Below are positions 36,456 through 47,991 of a stretch of 64,000 nucleotides of DNA, one piece after another (the stretch's first letter is position 1; each line of letters opens with the position of its first letter). The notes beneath the pieces are model-generated. The model was not told the origin of the DNA. It saw nothing but the letters and a program-made list of their open reading frames with translations, and searched no databases. Position numbers and translations under genes: made by a program. The stretch covers positions 6,066,379 to 6,130,378 of the forward strand of contig NC_068997.1 of the NCBI RefSeq assembly GCF_001194135.2. Direction: 5' to 3'. This DNA comes from Octopus bimaculoides (taxonomy: Eukaryota).

Positions 36456-37179
36456 AAACATGTTGTACAGTGGCGGCTCATATATAGGCACTGTGGAACT
36501 GCAGCACCCCTTGTTTCCACTCGATATTACCGATAACATTCAATATAATGAGTCCCTTTTTCTTTAATTCTTTCTTTATATTTGTACATTAAATAACCCT
36601 TAAACTTAATGTCAGAAGCCATCCCCTAGTTTACGAAAAAATACAAAAATCCTTGTACAGAACTGTGCGTTTCACAGTTCTAGCGACGCGGCGTTTGGCT
36701 GTTGTGCGCATGCTCACATGTCCGAGATAGGAAGCTGCACACTAGGGACAGAGAGAGAGAGAGAGAGAGAGAGCACTGTGGTTCACGCAGTGCCGACCCT
36801 GGTGTGCTGGTGAAAAGTAATGTTTCTTTTTGACTCCGCGTGTGTTGTTGTGTTGTGCTTAAAAACGTGTTTATATTCTTGAATGTGATAAAGTATAGAA
36901 TTAGATTATTATCCTGCTTCCAGCTTCAGTGGTGCTGCCAAGATTTGAAAAACAGGGCAAATTTGTCCCCTTATTTTGTAATTTAGGGGGGATTTTTGAA
37001 AAACAAGGGGAATTTGTGGCGGTGTTCAGTGAACAAATTAAACACACTACCCGGCAGTGACTAAAACACGAAGCGATCAAGTTAATGCATAAATTTTTTC
37101 TTTATATGTTTGTTTCCTTTTACACAATATTAAAACAACGGCTAAAAATTTTCTGAAGCAGCAACCCCACTAATTTTAT

Positions 37180-37425
37180 CTACCCACCAACATCGCTTGA
37201 CAACTGATACTGGTGTGTTTATGCCCCATAATCTAGCGGTTCGGCAAAAGAGACTGATAGAATAAGTACTAGGCTTACAAAGAATAAGANNNNNNNNNNA
37301 AAAGAGACTGATAGAATAAGTACTAGGCTTACAAAGAATAAGACCTGGGGTCGATTTGCTCGACTAAAGGCGGTGCTCCAGCATGGCCGCAGTCAAATGA
37401 CTGGAACAAGTAAAGGAGTAAAGGA
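37180..37425 (+). mobile_element. SINE family B, 3' half
   Basis: CATCGCTTGACAAC..GGTTCGGCAAAAGAGAC..GGCGGTGCTCCAGCATGGCCGCAGTC block. Confidence 0.8.
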
Positions 37426-37471
37426 ATATATATATATACACACATACATACATGTACATATATGTATATAC

Positions 37472-37523
<52 letters not shown>

Positions 37524-37533
37524 NNNNNNNNNN

Positions 37534-37566
<33 letters not shown>

Positions 37567-37953
37567 TACAATAGAAAATCTCAGAAAATATGATGGCGCT
37601 CGGTCATACATGCACATTTGCTAGTATCGTCGAATTTGCAACAGGAATATCATACTGATGAGGTAATGAAGAGTTTTTCCTTCTAAACCAGAAACATGTA
37701 TATGATTAACTGTGGCTAGTTTAGTTTGTTATTTTTCTTCTTGTTTTGCCTATGTGAGTTGCAGGTAACTGTTATCTGTTGGAGTTTCAGCATTTTAGCT
37801 GCTATTTCTGAACTTCGGTATGTGGTGAAGCAACTTGTTGCTGATCCCTTAATTTTGTTTATATATATATATATATATACACACATATATATAATATATA
37901 TGATGTATATATTTGTACACACGTACGTACATAGATACATACATACATCCATA

Positions 37954-38312
37954 GGTACTTTTTGGTTATCTCCCCCCCCTTTAAAAAAACTGGCTTATCT
38001 CCCCACTAAAAGATCGAGTTAAAGTGGCGACAACAGATTGGGTTAAAAGACTTTAAATTCAATACTTCAACAGATTGTGACGTTTGGCCTCCCCAATAGT
38101 ATGATTTGTCATAAAAATATTATTAGATTCAGTAAGATATTTAATTTTTTTCAGTTTTCATGTTTATTAACTTTTTCATTTTTTTGTTTTGTTTTATTGC
38201 AGCTTAAACAGTTTTCTCAGTTGAAGGAGATAACCAAAAGTACCGATATTTCTCGTAAAATGGAGAGAAATAAGTCAATTTTTTAATGGTGGTGAAATAA
38301 CTAAAAAGTACC
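37954..38312. mobile_element. MITE with ~55-bp degenerate TIRs inserted in a (CATA)n array
   Basis: GGTACTTTTTGGTTATCTC left vs revcomp GGTACTTTTTAGTTATTTC right; an extra internal TIR copy at ~38227-38244; CATA on both flanks. Confidence 0.7.
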
Positions 38313-38659
38313 CATACATACATACATACATGCATACATACATACATACATGCATACATACATACATACATACATATTGGACTCTTCCGTCGAAGACGAT
38401 GTATGAGCGTTCAGCTTGCCCAACAACCGGCACAAATGATTTGCTTAAAATGATCAAATGTTCGTGCCGCACATTAACTCACTTTCCTCATCAAATCGAC
38501 GTTGTCTGTACAGATGCGCTTTGTACCACGCATCAAATGTCGAAGTGATCGCAGAGCAACATGAAATGAAGTGTAATGCCCAAGAACACAACACACCACC
38601 CGGTCTAGGAATTGAAACTACGATCTCGCCTTCGTAGATACAATGTTCTATCCATTAGG

Positions 38660-39020
38660 TTTTACTTGTTTCAATCATTACACAGTGACCATGCCGGGGC
38701 ACCGCCTTGAGTTTTAGTCGAACGAATCGACCTCTGTACTTATTTTTTAAGTTTCGTAGTTATTCTATGGTCTCTTTTGCCGAACAGCTAAGCTATGGGG
38801 ACCGTTTGTCAAGCGGTGGCGGGGGAGAAACACAGACAGACACACACGCGCGCGCGCACGACCGGTTTCTTGCAGTTTCCGTCTACCAAATCTGCTCACA
38901 AGGCTTTGATCAGCCCGAGGCTATAGTAGTAGACACTAACCTAAGGTACCATGCAGTGGGACGGAACCCGGAACCGTATGGTTGGGAAACAAACCTGTTA
39001 CCACACACCCACGCCTGCGC
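38660..39020 (-). mobile_element. SINE family B, near full length
   Basis: Both head and 3' blocks are recognisable on the minus strand. Confidence 0.8.
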
Positions 39021-39125
39021 CTATGGTGCCTATTATATATACACAAGTCAGTGAACAAATAAATAAATAAAAAATGTAATACTCAACTCATTTGATAGGA
39101 ATAATATATGTTTGATAGCATTTTA

Positions 39126-39199
39126 ACTCAACTCTGCATGATTAAAGTTTCGTGAGCACATAGGACACGCCACGGAACTTTAATCATGTGAAACTGAGT
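39126..39199. other. 74-nt stem-loop with 29-nt arms
   Basis: ACTCAACTCTGCATGATTAAAGTTTCGTG / CACGGAACTTTAATCATGTGAAACTGAGT, 16-nt loop; 20 contiguous pairs including 3 G-U. Confidence 0.75.
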
Positions 39200-39269
39200 C
39201 AAGATCGCTGACCACTACATTTATATATTTTTTTCTCCTGGTTTCTCTTCTTATTTCTTTCTGTGTTCC

Positions 39270-39330
39270 TTTCAGTTGAAGAGCGTAGCTCGAAACGTCA
39301 AAGACTTTCTCTATTCCCGAGCGTTAAACT
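39270..39330 (+). repeat. Degenerate hammerhead-like repeat motif
   Basis: TTT-CAGTTGA-A-GAG-CGTAG-CTC-GAAACGT...GCGT-T-AAA: stems II and III formable, two core mismatches. Confidence 0.45.
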
Positions 39331-39653
39331 AATACATCCATTTGTTGTTTACACCACCTGTTGTTTTTTCGTAAATTCTCTCTTATTAAAGATGTATATA
39401 TATATGTATGTATGTATGTTTCTTTTTTAATCCTTTGAATTCTTCCCCAAAGCAGAGGTTGGTTTATCTAACAAAGAAACAAAGCTTCATGGCTGTAATT
39501 AAGATGACAGTAACACTAAAGAGTTACATGTTAAACTTTAGAAAAGTCTTGCATACTTTAACTGTTTATTATCTCTCTATCCATCTGTCTGTGTGTCCAT
39601 CCATCTATTTTTGTGTAGGTCAGTGTTGTATTAGTTTGTAGCCCAAGGCGTAG

Positions 39654-40037
39654 GCCCTTGACATGTTTACACAAATCAGTAAAATATCTCTCCTAAACTG
39701 ATGAAAATGAGGTCACAATTACACAAATCTTTCTTCAAAGTTTTTGAGAATTCATTAGTAAAACCAGATACTTACAATGGTTGTATTGAATAAGCTTGAA
39801 CAGGTGTAAAAGTGAATAGTGGTGTTGGTATGGCGATAAGTAAAATAGTACCTCAGGCCCCGGGATACTATTTACAGGAATACCAACACATTTACACCTG
39901 TTACGGCTTAAACGATACAGCCGTTGCAAATATCTTAATGATATCTCAAAGGTTTCAGTACAGATTTGAGCAATTGTGACCTCGTTTCATTAGTTTAGGA
40001 GAGATATTTCTGTGATTTATGTAAACGTGTCAAGGGC
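39654..40037. mobile_element. 384-bp fully palindromic MITE
   Basis: Outer ~77 bp arms roughly 85% identical (GCCCTTGACA..CAAATCT); degenerate symmetry continues to the centre at ~39860. Confidence 0.85.
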
Positions 40038-40426
40038 TCGCATTACACATATACTTAGTGAAATGTTCTACCTTGGATTCATTATACACACATACACACA
40101 CATTGCGTGTGAAGATAATACAGATAAAGAGCTGAAGGGAGAGTAAATGTATGTATGTATGTACATGCAATACTTTGTTTTTGCCTTCCATTTGTTTCTC
40201 ACACTCTTATACAATCGATTGTGTGCACTCATAATAAGTAGGAAAGTGTGAGTGTGTGCGCAATTCTTTTTATCTCTTTCACTTTCTTACATTCTCTAAT
40301 TCACACACACACAATATTTCATGCCGAAATGCACACACACACACACACACATTATACGTGGGTGGATGAAGACAAACAGAAAGACTGACACAGAGATCAT
40401 AGATAGATAGACAGACAGATAAGGTG

Positions 40427-40500
40427 ACGGCAGGGCCGAATCTACCATTAGGCGAACTAGGCCACCGCCTAGGGCGGCAACATCTAGGGGGCGACAAAAT
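40427..40500 (+). mobile_element. hAT-type MITE terminus
   Basis: CAGGGCCGAATCT..TAGGC..CGCCTAGGGCGGCA terminal motif; partner end not found. Confidence 0.45.
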
Positions 40501-41397
40501 CTGGGAATGTCTTGGGAAATGCTGACTTAGGAGAGAAAGAGTTTAAGAAATTTATAATTATAAAGTGATAATTTTGTTGTTATAATAGAAAATTCACTTA
40601 TCAAATCATCAGCAATTAGTTAGTAAAGTTTGATAAAGATTTCAGTTACACATACACTTCCGAAATACAATGTTCCCGCTAAGGCTTCGGCCCGCTGCGC
40701 AGCCTAGTTGTTTGAAAATTACCGCCCGGTTTAATTTGAGCCCCCCCCCCCCCGAAAACAATTGAATTTCGAAATTTAACATAATATGTGTATATTTTTA
40801 CAATCGTTGTTAAAATATTCAAAAGAATGTATAATATACTTAACAGTTGTAATAAATTGTATAATGGCGAATTGGTTTGCCGGCGAGCTGACTCTATCCC
40901 TATATGGTATATACATTAGTAACGTGCTAATGTTTCGGCAAAAAATAAAAAGCAGGATCGGTTAGGCATCAGCAAAATTTTTATATCGTAGTTTTGGTAC
41001 GTGTGGACAGCGGGGGTTTTTTTGGTGGGGTGGGGAGAATTTTTCTTACGAATTTAATCACGGGAGAAGCCAAGAAGTTTTTTTCCATGGGCATATCCCA
41101 TTAGGATTTTTAGCTCCTTTTTCACTTAATATCAATCATATGATCGATAATTATTTAATAAATATTTATATTAAATTCTTATATAATTTTTGCTTCAAGA
41201 AACCATTTAAATTCTATGAGTAAGGCTTGTCAAATTTGAGTAATGTACTCAGTTATATTGAACTAGACTTAAACTGTTTTTGTAATCTATATTATAAAAT
41301 AGAATTGTGTACATATATTTATACATATATACATACACACACACACATATATATATATACACATACATACATATATATATACATACATAATATAATA

Positions 41398-41430
<33 letters not shown>

Positions 41431-41491
41431 GCATATATACATACGTACATTACATACTTACATCTATACGTATATATATATATATATATAC

Positions 41492-41526
<35 letters not shown>

Positions 41527-42109
41527 TATGTGGGCACAGGGCGTCACAAAACGTGTACAACAACAAAAATACGAAGTACGAGTACATGGAATATGAACTA
41601 TTTTTTTTTGAATAGCGAAAGACACAAATGGAAAACAAAACAAAAAAAACATAAAGAACGACCCGTCATCAGTTGTTGGCTGTTTTTCTACTCACGTATT
41701 TCGAGCATTTAACAACAATATACGCTTTCGATGTTGCTCCTGCAAAGCAAATTTGATAAAATTTGGGATTTTGCGGAGGGCCAAAATTGGTAACACAAAC
41801 AAGACAGTGAAAACAAACAGTTAGGGCTGCTAAGCCTAAATGAGGTTGTGGTGGCGAACGCGTTAATCAAGCTTGGACAGAAGACAGACAAGAACACGTC
41901 TTTCTTGTTCCAGCTACAATGAAGAGAAAGAAACACAAGTTAGAAGAAAGAAAGATGGCCGATGGTCACGTGGGAGCCATGTGAGCAAGGGAAGAGGAGT
42001 GAAGGAGAGAGAGTGACAGAGTAATAGGGTAGAATAGTGGGAGAAGAGGAGGTAAAAGAATAAGAGAGAGAAAGACAGAAAAACGAAAGAGTTAAAAGAT
42101 CATATAGAG

Positions 42110-42249
42110 TGCTATTGCTCTCTTTTGCCAAATTCTATTGCTCTCTTTGCCAAATCGCTAAGTTACGATGTCGTAAACCACCAGCATCGGTTGTCAAGCG
42201 ATGGTGGGGGAGACAAGCACAGACATACAAATACATACACGCGCGTGCG

Positions 42250-42284
<35 letters not shown>

Positions 42285-42610
42285 TGACACGTAAAAGCAC
42301 CCACTACACTCTCTGAGTGGTTGGCGTTAGGAAGGGCATCCAGCTGTAGAAACTCTGCCAAATCAGACTGGAGCCTGGTGTTGCCATCCGGTTTCACCAG
42401 TCCTCAGTCAAATCGTCCAACCCATGCTAGCTTGGAAAGCGGACGTTAAACAATGATGATGATATATACAACGGGCTTCTTTCAGTTTCCATCTACCAAA
42501 TCCATTCACAAGGCTCTGGTCGACCTGAGGCTGTAGTAGAAGACACTTGCCGATGTTGCCACGCAGTGGAACTAAACCCAGAACTATGTGGTTGGGAAAT
42601 AAGCTTGCTG
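42110..42610. mobile_element. Family B SINE (-) split by a family D SINE (+, ~42290-42462)
   Basis: Family B halves at ~42110-42240 and ~42470-42610 flank GGCGTTAGGAAGGGCATCCAGCTGTAG...GGACGTTAAAC(GAT)n. Confidence 0.75.
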
Positions 42611-42611
42611 T

Positions 42612-43194
42612 AGTTGGACCAAAATGAAGCACCGAAAACCATCCCCAAACCCGAGTTCTTCAAAAAGAAGGTTATAGTGACTGTTTGGTGGTGTACTGCT
42701 GGACTCAGCCACTATAACTTCTTAAAACCCGGAAAAACAATTACTGAAGAAACATATTGCCAAAATGAATGAAAAACTGCTATTCTTCCGTCCCAGACTG
42801 GTCAATAGAAGAGAGTCAATCATTCTTCCTGACAATGCTCGACCATACTAATGACGCTCCAGAAGTTGAGGGAACTTGGCTACGAAGTTCTTCCCCACCC
42901 AGCTTATTCCCCAGACCTTTCTCCTATGGACCACCACTTTTTCAAGCACCTTGATGGTTTTCTGCGAGAGAAGGAGTTCAAATATCAAACCAATGCTGAA
43001 AGTGCGTTCAAAGAGTTCACCAGCACCAGAACTCCAGATTTTTATGTTAACGGAATAAAAAAACTTCTAACTCATTGGCAAAAATGTGTTGATTGTTATG
43101 GTACTTATTTTGATGAATAACATTTCCACATTGTTGAAATGTATTGTGATGAATTTTACATTTGAAAACGTTGCTTACTTTTTACACAGCCTGA
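42612..43194 (+). mobile_element. Mariner 3' fragment
   Basis: KKVIVTVWWCTAG, HPAYSPDLSPMDHHFFKHL..WQKCVDCYGTYFDE; 3' TIR ends at ~43194. Confidence 0.88.
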
Positions 43195-43231
43195 TATATA
43201 CATATATACAAACATACACATATATACACAC

Positions 43232-43264
<33 letters not shown>

Positions 43265-43364
43265 AAGAGCTGTAGAATCTTGCATGCATTAATTTCACCT
43301 CTACTTATTAATAACTAGTGTTTCTTTCCAGGTAAACTGACATCTGACTGACATGGCTGCTATA

Positions 43365-44372
43365 TTGGAGGATGACGCTCCAGCTTTATCAACAGTGCAA
43401 AAGTAGGCAGTTGAATTTAGTAGGGTAAAGGAGTGTCTAGAAGATGACTCGAGGTCTGGATGTCCTGCAACTGCCACCACCGGGAAAACATTGATTGTGT
43501 TCACTATATGGTGATGGATGACAGGTGACTGACTAAAACTCAAATAGCCAATACAATTAGCATATCTCATGAGAGGGTTGAGAATATTCTGCACAATGAA
43601 CTAGGCATGACAAAGGTAAGGTTTCTGCTTAGATATTTGATTAAAAGCACACCAGGTTGATCACATCATGGGGAAAATCTGATGTTGTTTGAGGCAGATT
43701 CAGCAGATTTCCTTGAGTGTTTCCTAATCCAGGATGAGTGTTGGCTTCATCACTTTGAGCTAGAAACAAAAAGACAATCCATGCAGGGGAAACACCCCTC
43801 CTCCTTGCTCCAAAGAAGGCCAAGTTCATTTCATCTACAAGGAAGGTGATGACCTCTGTTCTTTGGGATGCAAAAAGCATTGTATTTATTGACTATTTTC
43901 AAAAGGGCTATATCATCAATGAAGAGTACAATGCCAATTTGCTGAGGCAGTTACAAAAGACTATCAAGACCAAACACCCAGAAAAATTGATGAAAGGGTC
44001 TTGTTTCATCAGGATAATGCTCCAACACACAAAACCATTTCAATGGCTACTGTGCATGACTGGCTTTGAACTGATTAATCATCCTCCCTATTCTCCAGAT
44101 TTGACTCCATCAGACTATCATCTATTCCCCAACATGAAAAAACACTTGGCTGGGAGCCAATATCGCAATTATGATGATGTCATATCTGTTGTTGATGACT
44201 TTTTCCACCAACAGGATGAAAGCTTCTTCACCAATGGGATGCAAGCACTGCAACACCGATGGAAGAAGTGTGTGGACTGCAAGGGGGATTATGGTGAAAA
44301 ATAAACCTCATTTGGTCACATTCCATGGGAGCATCTTGATCAGCCTATGAACTTTTCAGCTGACTCTCGCAT
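43365..44372 (+). mobile_element. Mariner transposon, 5'-truncated and decayed
   Basis: LEDDSRSGCP, MTSVLWDAKSIVFIDY, HPPYSPDLTPSDYHLFPNMKKHL, WKKCVDCKGDY; 3' TIR region at 44340-44372. Confidence 0.88.
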
Positions 44373-44394
44373 GTATATATGTATGTATGTATAT

Positions 44395-44945
44395 CAGGTC
44401 ACTTATGAGGCTCTCATAAGTGCTACTGGTAACATGTAATCCAGTACAACCTGTTGCATGGTCGAGTTGCCGGCAACTAAACTGGCACCCCCACCAGGCT
44501 ACCCTGGTGAGGAGGGTTGCTAGAAACCCAGCAGGATTAAAAACAAGACCTATTGAAAGCTCGGATGGACCTAGTGCAGGCTCAACGGCTATCTAGCAAT
44601 AGCACAGGTACGCAGAAATTCTGGGATGGTGTCCGGTGTGCTGAAAGACCACTGGGAGTGAGGCGCCCCTCAGCTTTTGTTGAAGCATGTCTCTAGAAGG
44701 TCACTCTGATATAAAACCAAATATGCAGGGAATGGCATGGGACATTTTGGGGATCTTTGGTTTGTGTTAGAGATCACGGTGCTCCCACATCCCTGAGCCT
44801 GCGACTTATATTGGTACCAGACATCTTGCTCCGGCTTGTCTCTGGATAATGTCAATAAAGTGGAGAGGGTCTATGAGGTGATGTGCCAGCCTCATTGGGC
44901 CTAAAACTCTGCACAGGCATTGCCGAATTCTGCTCAATATGTGCG
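44395..44945. other. Unassigned hairpin-rich element, possibly a LINE 5' UTR
   Basis: Perfect stems at 44400-44422, 44465-44478 and CACCAGG/CCTGGTG; GC content above background; no ORF. Confidence 0.3.
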
Positions 44946-46116
44946 TTACCCCCCCCCCCNNNNNNNNNNNNNNTATATATTTATTTTATTTTTGCTCATT
45001 AGCCACCAATGGAGCCGCAAATGCAAAATATAAGTTAGTCCTAGAGTGCACAATGTTCCTGAAGGTTGGCAATGGTCTTCTTCGGTCACAAGTGGATGGC
45101 CATTATTATGTATGTATGTATGTATGTATGTATGCATGCAATGTTATGGTACGTTTGAGTTAACCAATGATATATATATTAGTATTGACTAAGTGGTGTG
45201 TGCATGTGTGTGTGTTGAAGATTGAAAATCTCACAATAACAGTAATATTAGAATAAGTTTCTAATTGAGATTTTTTTTAAATTTCAATATAGACATTTTA
45301 GTAGAAACAGTCTTTAGGCAGTTTGTTATATTAAAAGTGTTAAATCGGAAAAGGCCACAAATTTATGCAGGATGAAGAAAAAAATTAAATGAAATTTGGC
45401 AATTTTTATGCATTTCAAGTGCAAAAGCAAGAACAGCAATGTTCGAATGAAATAATTTTTTCAACAAAGAATCAGCCTTGGTAATAGATAACTCATTATT
45501 AATAAATGATGAGCTATTGAAATCGTCAAACTATTAACTCTCTTCCTTCTTTCTTAGACATATATCCCAATATTCATAGGAGAAATTATATTACATCCAA
45601 TTTAACTGCAGTATATTACTGGTACTTATTTTAACAACATCCTCTTGTACAGAAACTGGAAAGATTGAAACCTATCTCATGGTTGACCCCAAAATGTGAG
45701 GATGTATGAAACTAAATGTTGCACTTCAGTCAGACACTGTATGTACAAATTCTGTAAACTCCTATTTTGGTATCCATATAAGGCAATACATGTTTGTGTG
45801 GTTATACACACACACACACACACACACACATATACTTATGTGTGCGTGTATGTGTATCATACAGGTCAAAACAAATTTGTATTTATCTAATTCTATTTAA
45901 ATTACATTTTAATTGCTTTAAACTTTTAATGGAATTAATGAACGACTATAATAAATTTAACAAAGATAATTATGTTGTTTTGGTTTGGAGATTTAATGAT
46001 TAAAATTAAATGTAAATATATTTAAAAAATATTCTTTTAGGTTATTTCCATTAAGTCTTTTCTTTACCTAAATTTCGTTTGTTGCAATCGTTCTTGTTGT
46101 TGTTCCCAGAAGTTGT

Positions 46117-46151
46117 AAAATAAACATTTATTATTATTATTATTTTTATTA
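46117..46151 (-). terminator. Candidate PEPCK polyadenylation signals (two AATAAA)
   Basis: TTTATT on + at ~46146-46151 and ~46117-46122, 80-120 nt after the stop; real site unknown. Confidence 0.4.
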
Positions 46152-46233
46152 TTACAAATAAATCCCAATGTGATTTTTGCGAGGGTAGGGAATGGTTTAA
46201 AAAAAATAGGAATTTGTTATTTTTTTTTTCTTT

Positions 46234-46691
46234 TTAAAGAGTCTTGTTGATTCTCTCTTCCAGATTGTCGATTTCTTTCCAAATTGTGTCTGGAACATCA
46301 TCATTGATTTGGCGGAACAGATATTTACGAGTGTCTTTCACCTCACCTTCCCAGAACTCTTTGGTCAAGTTGAAAATGGCTTCCATGTCTATAGAAGCAG
46401 GCAAACCATCCATCTTGATGCTTCCAGGTGTTGGAAGGTACCCAATTGCTGAAGAAACAGCACAGTCCTCTTGGTTTATTCTACGCAATATCCAGTCCAA
46501 GACACGGCAATTTTCACCAAAACCTGGCCACATAAACTTCCCTTCCTTGTTCTTACGGAACCAGTTGACATGGAAAACCTTTGGCAGTGTTACGCCTGGC
46601 TGATTCATTGACAACCAGTGCTGGAGATATTTACCAAAATTGTACCCAAAGAATGGACGCATAGCAAAGGGGTCGTTCATGATGACTTTGC
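46234..46691 (-). CDS. PEPCK: PEPCK (GTP), last coding exon
   Basis: tttcag|GC AAA; KVIMNDPFAMRPFFGYNFGKY..FHVNWFRK..WPGFGENCRVLDWI..TAA at 46234; 458 nt. Confidence 0.97.
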
Positions 46692-46990
46692 CTGAAACAA
46701 GAAAAATGGTTGAGAATGAATTGGAATAATTTAAATACATTAAGGATGATGGTGGAGGGGGTGCAGTGATGGTGCCGATGATGGTAGAGATGATGATGGT
46801 GGTTGTAGTGATGAAGGTGTTGGTAGTGGTTATGTTGGGGGTAAATGCAGTGATATTGTTGTTGGTGGCAGTGGTAGTGTAAGTGATGATGATGATAATG
46901 AGGATGAAAGAAATGGTTAACAAATCAATTGATTAATTGTCAAATTAGTGGTAATGATAATGAAGATGATGGTGAATGAATATTACCAAC

Positions 46991-47086
46991 CTTTATGTTC
47001 GGCTGCTGCAGTGGCTTCTGATCGCATTGATGCACCAATCATGACTCCATGTTCCCAATTGAAGGCTTCGTACACTAAAGGTACCC
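46991..47086 (-). CDS. PEPCK: PEPCK coding exon (lid/omega loop)
   Basis: acag|GG GTA; [33 protein letters not shown]; donor gttggt; 96 nt, phase 1-1. Confidence 0.96.
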
Positions 47087-47444
47087 CTGTACAATGGAAA
47101 AGAAACAGAACAAACTGAATGAAATTCAGTCTGAAGTGTAGAGTCCACTGAAAGACACAGGAGAAGGGCAAGGTAATGAATCTGGAAATGGTTGTTGTAG
47201 AAGGAATGAGTTCCACATGGTTCTATTAGAAGGGGAATGGTAATTTAAGACAGCCTCATTCGCCACTGAAAGGCTAAATTCATGTGATGATTATTATTGT
47301 GAGAAGAGTGGTCTATTGGTGTCACTAGATGGGCCTAGTTTTAAGAAGTGTTTGTAGGCCAGAAAATAACAGCTGAGAGAGAGGGAGAGAGACAAGGACA
47401 CCCCTCCTTGGTGTTCAGGTAACACTAAATCAATGGGTCTCCAT

Positions 47445-47950
47445 TATTGACCCTGAAAGGAAGAAAGGCAAAATTGCCCTTGGCAGAATTTGAACTCAGA
47501 ATGTAAAGACAGATGAAATGCTGCTAGGCATTTTGCCCAGCATGCTAATGATTCTGCCAGCTCACTGCCTTAACAATCCTTTCTACTGGAAGCCCAAGAC
47601 CTCAAATTTGGGGGAAGGGATTAAGTCAATTACATCGACTCCAGTGCATAACTGGTACTAATTTAATCGATCTCGAAAGATGACAATGGTGGAATTTGAA
47701 CTCATCACCGCCTTAATAACAACAACAATCCTTTCTACTAAAGGCATAAGGCCTGAAATTTTGGGGGAGGGGACTAGTCAATTACATTGACTTTAGAGTT
47801 TCACTGGCATTTAATTTATTAACCCCAAAAGGATGAAAGGCAAAATTGACCTAGGTGGAATTTGAACTCAGAACATAGTGATGAATGAAATACTGCAAAG
47901 CATTTTGCCCGACATGCTAATGATTCTACCAGCTTGCCACCTTCATCATC

Positions 47951-47991
<41 letters not shown>

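Noticed and set aside
37246-37345. Tandem duplication across a 10-N gap (similar cases at ~20940-21020 and ~54870-54960)
   Set aside because: Typical unmerged contig overlap, an assembly artefact.
42290-42462. HDV-like ribozyme in the family D SINE (GGC-GTTAGGA-AGGGCA...TGC-CAAA)
   Set aside because: The 3' half resembles an HDV core, but no 5' P1 strand could be found upstream in either copy.
46692-46923. N-terminal Thr/Ile-rich part of ORF 46234-46923
   Set aside because: Intronic; the true exon starts at the acceptor at 46691.
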